Shown piece after piece: positions 18,172-27,825 of a stretch of DNA of 64,000 nt. The number at the start of each line of letters is the position of its first letter. Position 1 is the stretch's first letter. The DNA lies in assembly GCA_937870795.1 (NCBI GenBank), contig CALMWS010000074.1:7159-71158 (forward strand), written 5' to 3'. The DNA comes from an uncultured Bacteroidota bacterium (lineage in GTDB: Bacteria; Bacteroidota; Bacteroidia; Chitinophagales; Saprospiraceae). The translations under genes and the position numbers were made by a program. The notes beneath the pieces were generated by a model. It was not told the DNA's origin and ran no database searches. It saw only the letters and a program-made list of their open reading frames with translations.

Positions 18172-20850
18172 ATGAAAAAACGAATACCAATACAAAAATG
18201 GTTCTTAATGATGATGGCCATTGCGACTTTTGGCACCATGGCTTCGGGGCAAATTGCGAATTGTAAAAATGCGATCACACTCTCTGTTGATATCTCTTTT
18301 TGCGGAGTTACTGTAAAGGTCTCAGAGATCGACAGCAGTTCTTCAGATTATGATCAATTGTTGATATCAAATAATTTGTGTAATGGTTTGGGCATTCATG
18401 AAGTTACCCTCACGGCTTTAAAATTTAATGGCAACAGCAGCACGTGCACTACCCAGGTAAATGTAGTGGATATGTCAGCTCCCGTACCTGTAAATAAAGT
18501 GCAGTTAACGGTGGAGTTGGACAGTAATAATCAATACATACTGACGCCTGCAGATTTAGATTTGGGATCTTTTGATAATTGCGGCAATGTTTCACTTGCC
18601 ATTTCTGAATCACTACTTGATTGTACGACACCAAGTCCACTAAGCGTTCTTTTTACTGTTACAGATGAGGCAGGAAACTATAATCAAAGCATTTGCTCTG
18701 TCACTATACTCCAAAATAGTAACAGACCGGCCACATTGACTTGTAAAACATATACGGAAATTGAAATTAAAAGATTTGGTTTCGTTGAGCTTACCGCTGA
18801 TATGATTTTAACTGGTGGAAACTATGCCTGTACATCATTTTACAATTTTGACTTGTCCTATAATGGAAATAGTATAGCCTCTCACAACTTTAACTATGGA
18901 GATGTTGGTAAAACCTATATGGCTACTGTGACCGATGCTGAATTTCAATCAACTTGCCAGGGACAAATAAAGCTGATCAAAGCTGTATGTGATTCTTCAG
19001 TTTATGTATGCGACACCAAAAGCAGATGTACACCGGTCGGCGATTGCAGTTCGGGTCACACTCTTTCAGATGATGTTGAATGGCCTTGCGAGCTACACCT
19101 CTACAATGCTCCTTATTCGCTATACTTGAATCCTGATATTTACGCAATGGCCCAGTTTATGGGTGTGGCTGTTGATAGCATTAAGCCCAGATTTGATATA
19201 AGTAGTTGTGCTATTTTGGGGGAAAATATTATGGAGAATACTTTTATAGAAAATGATAGCACATATAAAGTAAGGAGGAGGTTTTCGTACAAAAATTGGG
19301 CTACTCCCAATGTACCTGAATTTAAATACGATCATTGGATTTGGCTTCATTTATCACCCAATTTTGCTTGTGATATTTGTGATACCCAACCGTGGAACAC
19401 CCCAATAAATGGCTGCTTCACCGGGCACTCATCAACAGATGCCGTTGAATGGCCGGCTGATATCACCATTACAACCACAGAAGCTTCCCCCTACGATCTA
19501 AGTATTAATCCTGATGTTCATCCAAACAATGCGGGTCCTATGTTGAATCAATCTTGTAGTAATTTATCCATGACCTATTATGACATTGTTGATTCTCTTA
19601 GCCCTTCTTTTTATAAAATTAATCGGCATTGGTCAATATTGAATTGGAACAATTTGGTTGAGTATAAATTTACCCAAGTCATTACCGTCAATGCAACCAC
19701 TTCAAATCAAAGAAAGATATGTATTACTGACCTGAACAATATCCCGGTTAAAGATGTGGAGATAGGCAATGGCGTAAATTTGGGCGCTAATAATTGCCTG
19801 AATTTCACCTATAGCCCAGGCCAATCGAATATGGCTCCCAAAAAAATGGATGGGGAATTCTACCAGGGTATTGATATTGCAGATGCTGTATTGTTGTCAG
19901 AATATATTTTGAATAACAAGTTGTTTAAAGCCTATCAACATTTTCAATTGAATGTAGATAAAATGCAGTCAATTGATATGAATGATGTAAAAAGTCTAAA
20001 AGACCTGTGGCTTAGGAAAAATGTAAGTCTCCCCTTCGATGGCCCCTGGAACCTTTTTAGTGCCAATGATTATTTTTATCGTGGAGCCTATGTAACCGAA
20101 TTGCCCCCGGCTTCGCCATTTGAATCACTGCAATTCAAAGCAGTTAAAATTGGTGACATAAACAATGATGCCTTAATGACAAATTCGATTGATGTTGAAT
20201 TCAAATTTGGATTGGAAGATCTATTGTTGTATGATGGCGAGAGATACAGCATCCCTGTTGTTAGTCAGGTTTCAAGTAAAATGACGGGCTTTCAATTTGT
20301 TGTGGAAAAAAGCCCTACCTTTACCCTTGACTCTATTTCCAGCGGCCATTTTCAGAATATTGATATCAATCTGGTGGATAATCAATACCGGATAATGTGT
20401 ATGCCCACAGAAGCTGCATTGATGAGTGGAGGTGTATCTTTGAGTCCTACTATGGAATTGTTTAAACTTCACATCACTTCAAAAGCCAACACTGTTTTGT
20501 CAAGTGTACTGGAACTCATCCCTAACGAGGGGTTAATCATAGCAGAAACCAATAAGATGAAACCTGTTCTCAACTTTGACGAGGTCATTCCTACGGCCAC
20601 CTCCGAACAATATCATGAAGATGTGTATGCTTTCCCGAATCCTGCTGTCAACAAACTTTCATTGATTGTGCCACCTGGATTTTCAATCCAACAAATTGAG
20701 GTTTGTGATATCAACGGACATTCAATGGACATTACTTTTGACGAAAGGGATAGGTCTTTTGCTACCCAGAATTTTGTTCCTGGCTTTTACATTGTCAAAT
20801 TGAGTACTTCCAACGGAAATGTTAAGTCAATTCCTTTTGTAAAAAATTAA
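18172..20850 (+). CDS. Large secreted T9SS cargo protein (type-A C-terminal sorting domain) with HYR-like, duplicated Cys/His, and dockerin-/cohesin-like modules
   Basis: 892 aa with a signal peptide. It has an SFDNCGN motif, two parallel roughly 110-aa modules (C..GH...D.VEWP...SPY.L.(I/L)NPD...R..(F/W)S..NW), a dockerin-like segment GIDIADAVLLSEYILNNK, and a Por-secretion tail (AFPNPAVNKLSL...GFYIVKLSTSNG). Confidence 0.85.
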   Translation: MKKRIPIQKWFLMMMAIATFGTMASGQIANCKNAITLSVDISFCGVTVKVSEIDSSSSDYDQLLISNNLCNGLGIHEVTLTALKFNGNSSTCTTQVNVVDMSAPVPVNKVQLTVELDSNNQYILTPADLDLGSFDNCGNVSLAISESLLDCTTPSPLSVLFTVTDEAGNYNQSICSVTILQNSNRPATLTCKTYTEIEIKRFGFVELTADMILTGGNYACTSFYNFDLSYNGNSIASHNFNYGDVGKTYMATVTDAEFQSTCQGQIKLIKAVCDSSVYVCDTKSRCTPVGDCSSGHTLSDDVEWPCELHLYNAPYSLYLNPDIYAMAQFMGVAVDSIKPRFDISSCAILGENIMENTFIENDSTYKVRRRFSYKNWATPNVPEFKYDHWIWLHLSPNFACDICDTQPWNTPINGCFTGHSSTDAVEWPADITITTTEASPYDLSINPDVHPNNAGPMLNQSCSNLSMTYYDIVDSLSPSFYKINRHWSILNWNNLVEYKFTQVITVNATTSNQRKICITDLNNIPVKDVEIGNGVNLGANNCLNFTYSPGQSNMAPKKMDGEFYQGIDIADAVLLSEYILNNKLFKAYQHFQLNVDKMQSIDMNDVKSLKDLWLRKNVSLPFDGPWNLFSANDYFYRGAYVTELPPASPFESLQFKAVKIGDINNDALMTNSIDVEFKFGLEDLLLYDGERYSIPVVSQVSSKMTGFQFVVEKSPTFTLDSISSGHFQNIDINLVDNQYRIMCMPTEAALMSGGVSLSPTMELFKLHITSKANTVLSSVLELIPNEGLIIAETNKMKPVLNFDEVIPTATSEQYHEDVYAFPNPAVNKLSLIVPPGFSIQQIEVCDINGHSMDITFDERDRSFATQNFVPGFYIVKLSTSNGNVKSIPFVKN

Positions 20851-20873
20851 CTACACTTAAATTTTGAGTAATT

Positions 20874-20899
20874 AAAAAGGGGCAAACGCCCCTTTTTTT
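20874..20899. terminator. Bidirectional terminator between the T9SS cargo gene and clpB
   Basis: An A5 run, then ggggc (20879-20883), loop aaac, gcccc (20888-20892), then a T7 run. Confidence 0.7.
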
Positions 20900-23513
20900 A
20901 TACCCCCACTTTTTCTGGTTGCCTGAATACCACGGTGCCATCAAATACATCCAACAGTATCTTGCTCTTGGGCACGATTTTGTTGATCAGCATCTGTTTA
21001 CTCAAAGCATGCAATACTTTTTTGGTAATGACCCTTTTTAATGGCCTTGCCCCAAATTCAGGCTGATAACCTTCGTAGGCCAGCCAATCTAAAAATTCGG
21101 GTGTGTACTCTACAGATATTTCCTGCTTAGCCAGGGTTTCTTCCAACTCGTGCAATTGGATCATCACAATGGCAGCAATGTCTTTTCTGTCAAGTGGTCT
21201 AAACATGATGACTTCATCAATCCGATTGAGAAATTCCGGACGTACCATGCCTTTCAAAAGTGCAAATACGGCTTCTTTTGCCCTCTCTGTGGTCTCTTCC
21301 TCCTCACCAGGTTTCATCTTTTCAAAATTTTCCCTGATCATATCAGATCCCATATTTGAGGTCATGATTACAATCGTGTTTTTAAAATTGGCCACCCTTC
21401 CTTTATTGTCTGTCAACCTTCCGTCTTCCAATACCTGCAAAAGGATATTAAAAACATCCGGATGTGCTTTTTCTATTTCGTCCAACAATACCACACTATA
21501 AGGCTTCCTTCTCACGGCTTCGGTCAGTTGGCCACCTTCATCATAGCCTACATATCCCGGAGGAGCACCTACCAGTCTGGAGACACTATGTTTTTCCTGG
21601 TATTCACTCATGTCTATCCTGGTCATCAAATTTTCATCGTTGAATAACATTTCTGCCAATGCTTTTGCCAACTCGGTTTTTCCCACGCCGGTGGTACCCA
21701 GAAATAGGAATGAGCCTATTGGTTTTCTTTCGTTGGATAATCCCGTTCTGCTCAGTCGGATGGCATTGGATACGGCTTCTACTGCTTCATCCTGACCTAC
21801 CACTCTTTTTTTAAGCTCATCTTCCAGATGAACCAATTTTTCCCTTTCACTCTGCAACATCCTGGTAACAGGGATGCCCGTCCACTTGCTCACAATCTCT
21901 GCAATGTCTTCGCCATCAACTTCTTCTTTCATCATCAACTTGCCCTGCTCCTGCATTTCTGCCAGCCTTGCCATGCCCGCTTCTAATTGTGCTTGCACTT
22001 CTGGTAGCTTTCCATACCGGATCTCAGCGGCAAGACTGTAATTGCCTTCTCTTTCTGCCCTTGAACTATCAGATTTTAATTTTTCAATTTCTTCTTTGGC
22101 AACCTGTATGCCCGACATCACATCACGCTCACTTTCCCATTTGGCTTTTAACCCACTGCGCTGTTCTTCCAAATTGGCCAAATCTTTATTGATTCTTTCA
22201 AGTTTGATCTTGTCTTCTTCTCTCTTCATGGCCTCTCTTTCTATTTCCAACTGTCGGATCTTTCGCTCTACTTCATCCAGTTCTTCCGGCATGGAATTCA
22301 TTTCCAGACGCAACTTGGCAGCAGCTTCATCGATGAGGTCGATGGCCTTATCGGGTAAAAAACGATCTGTAATGTAACGACTCGACAATTGAACCGCAGC
22401 TACCACTGCTTCGTCGGTTATACTGATTTTGTGGTGGGTCTCGTACCTTTCTTTTAAGCCCCTAAGTATTGAAATGGCATCTTCTTCTCCGGGTTCGTCG
22501 GCCATCACAATCTGAAATCTTCGTTCCAACGCCTTGTCTTTCTCAAAATACTTTTGATATTCATCCAAAGTTGTGGCACCAATGGCCCTCAGTTCACCCC
22601 TTGCAAGAGCCGGTTTGAGGATGTTGGCAGCATCCATAGCCCCCTGGGTTTTGCCTGCACCAATCAATGTATGAATTTCATCAATGAACAAAAAGATACT
22701 TCCCTCAGCCGCGATTACTTCATTGACAACAGATTTGAGCCTTTCTTCAAATTCTCCCTGATACTTAGCACCGGCTATCAAGGCACCCATGTCGAGGGCA
22801 TAGATTTCTTTGTCTTTTAGGTCAGATGGAACATCTCCTTCAATAATCCTGTGGGCCAGGCCTTCAACGATAGCTGTTTTACCTACACCGGGTTCACCAA
22901 TGAGGATGGGGTTGTTTTTGGTCCTTCTTGCAAGAATATGTAAGACCCTCCTGATCTCTTCTTCTCTGCCGATAACGGGATCGAGTTTGCCTGTTCTGGC
23001 TTTTTCGTTGAGGTTAACTGCGTATTTGTTTAGGGCATTGTAGGTGTTTTCTGCAGACTGCGATTTAACTGTACTTCCCTTGCGCAATTCAACGATGGCT
23101 GCTTTTAATGCTTTTTCTGTAACACCCTGATCTTTTAACATTTGTGATACAGGGTTTTTTGATGATACTACAGAAAGCAAAAGGTGCTCTATGGCTACAA
23201 AATCATCACCCAATTCTTTCATGGCAATGCTTGATCTTTGAATCCATTCTGTGGTTTCTCTCGACAAATAAGGATTGGGTTCAGCACTGCTCAACTTAGG
23301 CAAGGCTTGCACCATGGCATCTATGGTTTTGTCAATTATTGCGGGATTGAGTCCAAGTTTTTTTATAATAAACGGACTTACGTTGTCGTCTACTTCCAAA
23401 ATAGCTTTCATCAAATGGGCAGGTTCTATGGCCTGCTGCTGATACTGCATGGCAAATTGCTGCGCACGTTGAACAGCTTCCTGGGCTTTGATGGTAAATT
23501 GATTGAGGTTCAT
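20898..23513 (-). CDS. clpB: ATP-dependent chaperone ClpB
   Basis: 871 aa with two AAA+ modules (Walker A GEPGVGKT and GTTGVGKT). A long coiled-coil M-domain separates them, and a Clp N-domain is present. Confidence 0.97.
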   Translation of the reverse strand: MNLNQFTIKAQEAVQRAQQFAMQYQQQAIEPAHLMKAILEVDDNVSPFIIKKLGLNPAIIDKTIDAMVQALPKLSSAEPNPYLSRETTEWIQRSSIAMKELGDDFVAIEHLLLSVVSSKNPVSQMLKDQGVTEKALKAAIVELRKGSTVKSQSAENTYNALNKYAVNLNEKARTGKLDPVIGREEEIRRVLHILARRTKNNPILIGEPGVGKTAIVEGLAHRIIEGDVPSDLKDKEIYALDMGALIAGAKYQGEFEERLKSVVNEVIAAEGSIFLFIDEIHTLIGAGKTQGAMDAANILKPALARGELRAIGATTLDEYQKYFEKDKALERRFQIVMADEPGEEDAISILRGLKERYETHHKISITDEAVVAAVQLSSRYITDRFLPDKAIDLIDEAAAKLRLEMNSMPEELDEVERKIRQLEIEREAMKREEDKIKLERINKDLANLEEQRSGLKAKWESERDVMSGIQVAKEEIEKLKSDSSRAEREGNYSLAAEIRYGKLPEVQAQLEAGMARLAEMQEQGKLMMKEEVDGEDIAEIVSKWTGIPVTRMLQSEREKLVHLEDELKKRVVGQDEAVEAVSNAIRLSRTGLSNERKPIGSFLFLGTTGVGKTELAKALAEMLFNDENLMTRIDMSEYQEKHSVSRLVGAPPGYVGYDEGGQLTEAVRRKPYSVVLLDEIEKAHPDVFNILLQVLEDGRLTDNKGRVANFKNTIVIMTSNMGSDMIRENFEKMKPGEEEETTERAKEAVFALLKGMVRPEFLNRIDEVIMFRPLDRKDIAAIVMIQLHELEETLAKQEISVEYTPEFLDWLAYEGYQPEFGARPLKRVITKKVLHALSKQMLINKIVPKSKILLDVFDGTVVFRQPEKVGV

Positions 23514-23641
23514 GGATTTTTAATTTATAAACATAGCATCAAAACTGTGCCATGCTCCTATTTCTGTCATTGTGTCTCTAATTTCGAAGTGTCTGATGTC
23601 AAATTGACTTTCAAGGCCTTACAAATCTGCATTAATGGCAT

Positions 23642-23675
23642 AAAAAAAGCGGGCCTGACCCGCTTTCTTTTTATT
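23642..23675 (-). terminator. Terminator of the OmpA-family gene
   Basis: agcggg (23648-23653) pairs with cccgct (23659-23664). On the minus strand the stem is followed by a T-run. It lies immediately after the stop at 23671. Confidence 0.65.
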
Positions 23676-24786
23676 TAATTTTGAGTTCTTCCGGTACACT
23701 GGGTGGTATAGAAGTGCAAATTTCCTTGCCGCTACTATCCATAACGTGCAATTCAACCCTGCGGTTAAACTTCCTTCCTGAATCATCTTCCGTATTGGTT
23801 GCAATAGGGTGGTCTTCACTCGATGCTTTTGTACTAATTCTTGAACCATCTATGCCCATGGCAACCAGCGCATTTTTTGCAGCCGCTGCCCGCTCATTTG
23901 AAAGTCGAACATTGTAATCATTGGTTCCCCTGGCATCAGTATGGGCTACCAAGAGCCCAGTAGTACCACTATCTTTTTTAAGGATGGCAGCCATGGTGCT
24001 GAGTTCTGTATTGGCAGATGCAGTAATTTCAGCCTGGTCAAAATCAAAGAGGATCCAGTTGAGATCGCAGTGAGGTGCTTGTTCCACCGGTGCTGCTGGT
24101 GCTGGTACTGCTGCGGTTGTAGTATCCACCGGGGCAACGGTCGCACTGCTTTCGGGTTCTGATGGTTTATTCTGACAACTTTTCCACCATAAGAACAGGG
24201 GAATCAACAAGAGTAACGGCAGCAACCATTTCCAGTTAAAACCAGTTCCATCTGCAGCAGTTGCTGCTACTGGAGGAGGAGGCGCAGGTATCTCAACTTT
24301 GGGTGCTGCGGCTGTGGGCAATTCTACCTGGCTAGCCAAAGCGGCTAATCCGGCTGCCGCAACAAGAGGTACAGCTGATCTTGCAAAATCGGCTCCATTA
24401 AACATCATCATGGCCAAAATTTCATCCCTGCTTTTTTTAGGGCACGACCTGCCGATTTCATTGTGTTCATCCATGTTGCCCGTATGCTGTTGGTGGTCAC
24501 CACCGCCAAAAAGCAATAAAAAATAAACTCCGTGCGCCTCTTCTACCTTGTAACGCTGAGGAATGTCCTTGTTCTTTAATATGGCCTTAATACCCCTAAT
24601 CATTCGCTCTTCATCGGGATACGCTTCCGATCTCATGATTATTTCGTCTCCGTTGACCCAGGCGAAGTAATAATTGCCATTGGGGTGCTGAAAAGTTATA
24701 AATCCGGGGAATTCGCTTGACTTTTGGTCGATTCTCGCCTGATACTCTTTACAAATCAGGTAATCATCATCGCGCTGTGTAATCAT
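23671..24786 (-). CDS. OmpA/MotB-family peptidoglycan-binding protein with an N-terminal YegP (DUF1508)-like domain
   Basis: There is no signal peptide. The N-terminus YYFAWVNGDEIIMRSEAYPDEERMIRGIKAILKN resembles the YegP repeat. An Ala/Pro-rich linker and one TM (WKWLLPLLLLIPLFLWW) follow. The C-terminal OmpA-like motifs are LVAHTDARGTNDYNVRLSNERA and NRRVEL. Confidence 0.85.
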   Translation of the reverse strand: MITQRDDDYLICKEYQARIDQKSSEFPGFITFQHPNGNYYFAWVNGDEIIMRSEAYPDEERMIRGIKAILKNKDIPQRYKVEEAHGVYFLLLFGGGDHQQHTGNMDEHNEIGRSCPKKSRDEILAMMMFNGADFARSAVPLVAAAGLAALASQVELPTAAAPKVEIPAPPPPVAATAADGTGFNWKWLLPLLLLIPLFLWWKSCQNKPSEPESSATVAPVDTTTAAVPAPAAPVEQAPHCDLNWILFDFDQAEITASANTELSTMAAILKKDSGTTGLLVAHTDARGTNDYNVRLSNERAAAAKNALVAMGIDGSRISTKASSEDHPIATNTEDDSGRKFNRRVELHVMDSSGKEICTSIPPSVPEELKIK

Positions 24787-24904
24787 GTTGCTTTGTTTTG
24801 GTTATAATATAAAAGTAATAAACTTATGCTGAAAAACAAAAATAATTTTGTTATTTTCCCGAAAAAAGCAATAGAAATACGAAAAAAATGGAATAATTGT
24901 TCTT

Positions 24905-25327
24905 TTATTCTAATTTTAATGCAGCTGTGGTAGTTGAAAAAAAGATGAGCCCAATACAAACTATTGGTGGTAAAAACGCGAAAATGAGCATAACCACAAA
25001 TGCAATTCCAAATATCACTGCATGGATGGACATTACACCTTTTAAAATCCTGGGTTCAAGACCAGCTTTTGATAAATACAAGATGATCAGTCCTCCCAGT
25101 AAACACAATAAGGTTAAACATGCACTTACTGATATTAGTAAATCTTCCATTGACCTATGAAAGCCAGCACCCATATCAGATTTATAATTTTGCATAAGGT
25201 CTACCAGCTGCTTCTCCGTTTCATTGACAGGATTTGGATCTGAAAAAAAGCTCAGACTGTGTAGGCCCGCTGTTAACAGAAGTAATATCCAGGAAAGGGT
25301 GATGGCTGTTTTTGCGATTTTATTCAT
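24905..25327 (-). CDS. Hypothetical small membrane protein (4 TM)
   Basis: 140 aa with four hydrophobic helices and no recognisable family. Confidence 0.65.
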   Translation of the reverse strand: MNKIAKTAITLSWILLLLTAGLHSLSFFSDPNPVNETEKQLVDLMQNYKSDMGAGFHRSMEDLLISVSACLTLLCLLGGLIILYLSKAGLEPRILKGVMSIHAVIFGIAFVVMLIFAFLPPIVCIGLIFFSTTTAALKLE

Positions 25328-25429
25328 TACATACGTTTTTACAAATCTAATTTATCTTTTAATTGCATAGTACCGTAACATGGAGACAATTTTAAACGCC
25401 ATCTGAAATGATTCCTTAATTTTTTCAGA

Positions 25430-25465
25430 TAAAAAAAAGACATAGAACTAGCATCCCATGTCTTT
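25430..25465 (-). terminator. Probable terminator downstream of the DUF2911/TPR gene
   Basis: aagacat (25437-25443) pairs with atgtctt (25458-25464). On the minus strand the stem is followed by T8. It lies about 150 nt after the stop at 25622. Confidence 0.45.
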
Positions 25466-25621
25466 TCTTATGTCCTCAGACCTTATGGACAGAAGCCTTG
25501 TTTTTTAACTTTTACATAGTCGACTATCTCAGGTTAAGGTGTATCTATACATTCATCTGGTTTCAAATGAATTGCGGATAATTTTAAACCAACTATATCT
25601 TACCCTCAATTGAAAGAAACC

Positions 25622-26800
25622 CTAGTTCATATCTTTTCCCATCTTGAGTTTTTCGATGGCAGATTTGAGAAAGGTTTTATTGGCTTCATCTGGGGCTACC
25701 ATTAAAGCTTTTTCCGCAAATTCAAGGGCTTCTTTGTACCTGCCATTGGCTGATAGTCCGCGTACCATGCCGGCCGGTGATGGCCAATCTCCTCCGTGGT
25801 GTTTGTAGTTGTATTCAAATATTTTTAGTGCTTTGTCTTTCATACCTGCACCAAGCAATTGGCGTCCATACCCGTGAATCTGGATAACATCGGCAGTAGG
25901 ATGTTTGATCGCCTGGTCCATCATTGCTTCTGCTTCAACAACCTTACCCATCTTTTCCAAAACTGAGGCCTTAGCGGATAGGGTAGTGAAATTTTTCTGA
26001 CCTACAAATGTCCCCGATATGGCCTGATCTGCCCAAGTCAGCGCTTGTTCCAGATTGGTGTTGTTATTTACACAAAAGTTAACCGCTTCTATATAGTTCT
26101 GCCAGTAAAAGCCTTTGTTCCCTTTCAAATCTTCACGAAACTTTGCTAGATAAAGATCATTGCCATTGGGCAATGAAATCTCCATGGGAATGGCTAAGTT
26201 TTCCCACCTCAGTTGCAGTGTGGTTGACTCAGGTTTGCGATTGGTAAATTCATAGGTAAGCCATTCGCTAAATGGGGCACTCACCGGACTCACTTCAATC
26301 CTCAAAGCATCGTCTTTGGCATCGTAAGAATAACTGCCCCAGGCGGTATTGGTTTTGTTGAAAATGAGCACCCAAGGCATGTCTTTTTGCGGAATGATGT
26401 GAAAACCATAGCTGCCCGCAGGAATAGCCTTGCCATTGATCAGCATATTATGTGATAATGTAATTACGGTGTTTTCATTAGCCCCTGCTCTCCAGGGAAT
26501 TTCCGCAGCACTGCCAATGTTGTTTTTTTCCATACCCCACGGAACCAGATCACCCCAAATCTTGCCTGTCCTACCTTTAACACCCGGACTATTGTATTTC
26601 ACATCCACATGGGCCAAACTGCCCATATACTGTTTTACCTCGCAAATTTGATTGTCTCCGCTGGGGGGATTTATTAGTTGTGCTTTACCTGCAAATGTTA
26701 GTAACAACAATGAAAAAGCAACTAAAATTGATCTCATAATAAAAAATGTTTTGATTCTGTATCTAAAACGTTTTGTGTTCATATAAGGTTCTTTAGTCAT
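25622..26800 (-). CDS. DUF2911 domain protein with C-terminal TPR repeats (exported)
   Basis: The DUF2911-like core reads VDVKYNSPGVKGRTGKIWGDLVPWG...WRAGANENT...GSYGFHIIP, followed by TPR-like helices. The signal peptide MRSILVAFSLLLLTFAGKAQ suggests the true start may be the internal Met at about 26737. Confidence 0.8.
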   Translation of the reverse strand: MTKEPYMNTKRFRYRIKTFFIMRSILVAFSLLLLTFAGKAQLINPPSGDNQICEVKQYMGSLAHVDVKYNSPGVKGRTGKIWGDLVPWGMEKNNIGSAAEIPWRAGANENTVITLSHNMLINGKAIPAGSYGFHIIPQKDMPWVLIFNKTNTAWGSYSYDAKDDALRIEVSPVSAPFSEWLTYEFTNRKPESTTLQLRWENLAIPMEISLPNGNDLYLAKFREDLKGNKGFYWQNYIEAVNFCVNNNTNLEQALTWADQAISGTFVGQKNFTTLSAKASVLEKMGKVVEAEAMMDQAIKHPTADVIQIHGYGRQLLGAGMKDKALKIFEYNYKHHGGDWPSPAGMVRGLSANGRYKEALEFAEKALMVAPDEANKTFLKSAIEKLKMGKDMN

Positions 26801-27318
26801 GCGTTTATTACACCTTTGATGTCTAAATTCTTATTGCGCAAATCAAGCCCTCCTTCTATAACAGACTTCAAATTTGTAAGATAAAATGTCCATCCTTCAA
26901 GACAACCCATATGCCACTTAGCCCTACTATTTTCATCATCAGGGATGTTGATTTGTGTCAAAGACACCCTTGTATTCCTTCCATACATCTCAAGAAGTAA
27001 ATGTACCTCCATCGAGGTGGCTTCATTCCCGGTAAAAGTGAAGGCAAAATTTTTATTACCATCCGCTTTAAGGATTTCTCCTCTTTCCAACGTGGTATCG
27101 GGCCAGCCATGCCACATAAATGCATAGTGGTCTCCCATCATGGCTTCCTCCTGCAGTCCCAATTCCACTCCCATCCTATTATAAACACAGTTTCGCAGAA
27201 ACCACGATTCCATGCCACCTCTGGTCGAAAAGCAGGAATAAATTTTTTGTGGATCGGCAGCTACTACAATACTTTTCGTGAACCGGGTCCAATCGTAGTG
27301 CTGCATGTCATTGTACAC
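26797..27318 (-). CDS. SRPBCC / AHSA1 (START-like) family protein
   Basis: 173 aa. The size and Trp/aromatic spacing are typical of Aha1-like SRPBCC proteins. It overlaps the downstream gene by 4 nt. This family call is the weakest part. Confidence 0.7.
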   Translation of the reverse strand: MYNDMQHYDWTRFTKSIVVAADPQKIYSCFSTRGGMESWFLRNCVYNRMGVELGLQEEAMMGDHYAFMWHGWPDTTLERGEILKADGNKNFAFTFTGNEATSMEVHLLLEMYGRNTRVSLTQINIPDDENSRAKWHMGCLEGWTFYLTNLKSVIEGGLDLRNKNLDIKGVINA

Positions 27319-27685
27319 TGTGAAGGGCTACACGATTGCCCTCCGTGTCAGAAAATACAGCCATAAACCCATATTCATCACTGATCTGTGTTTTGGGTAC
27401 AAGAATTGTTCCCCCGTTTGCATTGATGCGGTCAAGTACAATTTGTAAATCTGGATTGGCATTGAGATAAATCAAACAACCTGTTGTTCCCGAAGGTTGG
27501 TAAAAATCAGGGTGGTAGACCAATGCTCCTGTGGTATCATTCATCATATCTGCTACAGGAAACATCCTCATTTTAATAGCGGGATTGTCCATCATTATGA
27601 GTTTTGTGTCAAAGATGGCTTCGTAAAACTGTTGCGATCTGTCTATGTCAACAGTAGGAATCTCAAACCAGGAAACGTGGTGCAT
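27308..27685 (-). CDS. VOC (glyoxalase/bleomycin-resistance) family protein
   Basis: 125 aa. The N-terminus HVSWFEIPTVDIDRSQQFYEAIF and the C-terminus FSDTEGNRVALHS are typical of the VOC fold. Confidence 0.85.
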   Translation of the reverse strand: MHHVSWFEIPTVDIDRSQQFYEAIFDTKLIMMDNPAIKMRMFPVADMMNDTTGALVYHPDFYQPSGTTGCLIYLNANPDLQIVLDRINANGGTILVPKTQISDEYGFMAVFSDTEGNRVALHSVQ

Positions 27686-27825
27686 GGTGTTGTGTTTAAA
27701 TGAAACGTTTTATTATCAAGGCAATAAAGATATATTAGCGCTGCTGCCCTTGTATTTATTTCTATTAAATTTTCGACCAGTGTAGCCTAATAAGCCTTAA
27801 ACGAACCTAACCAACACAGCCAAAT

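Noticed and set aside
23238-23678. A 146-aa plus-strand ORF across the clpB start and its upstream spacer.
   Set aside because: It is antisense to the clpB N-terminus and runs through the clpB promoter and the OmpA-gene terminator. It has no family signature.
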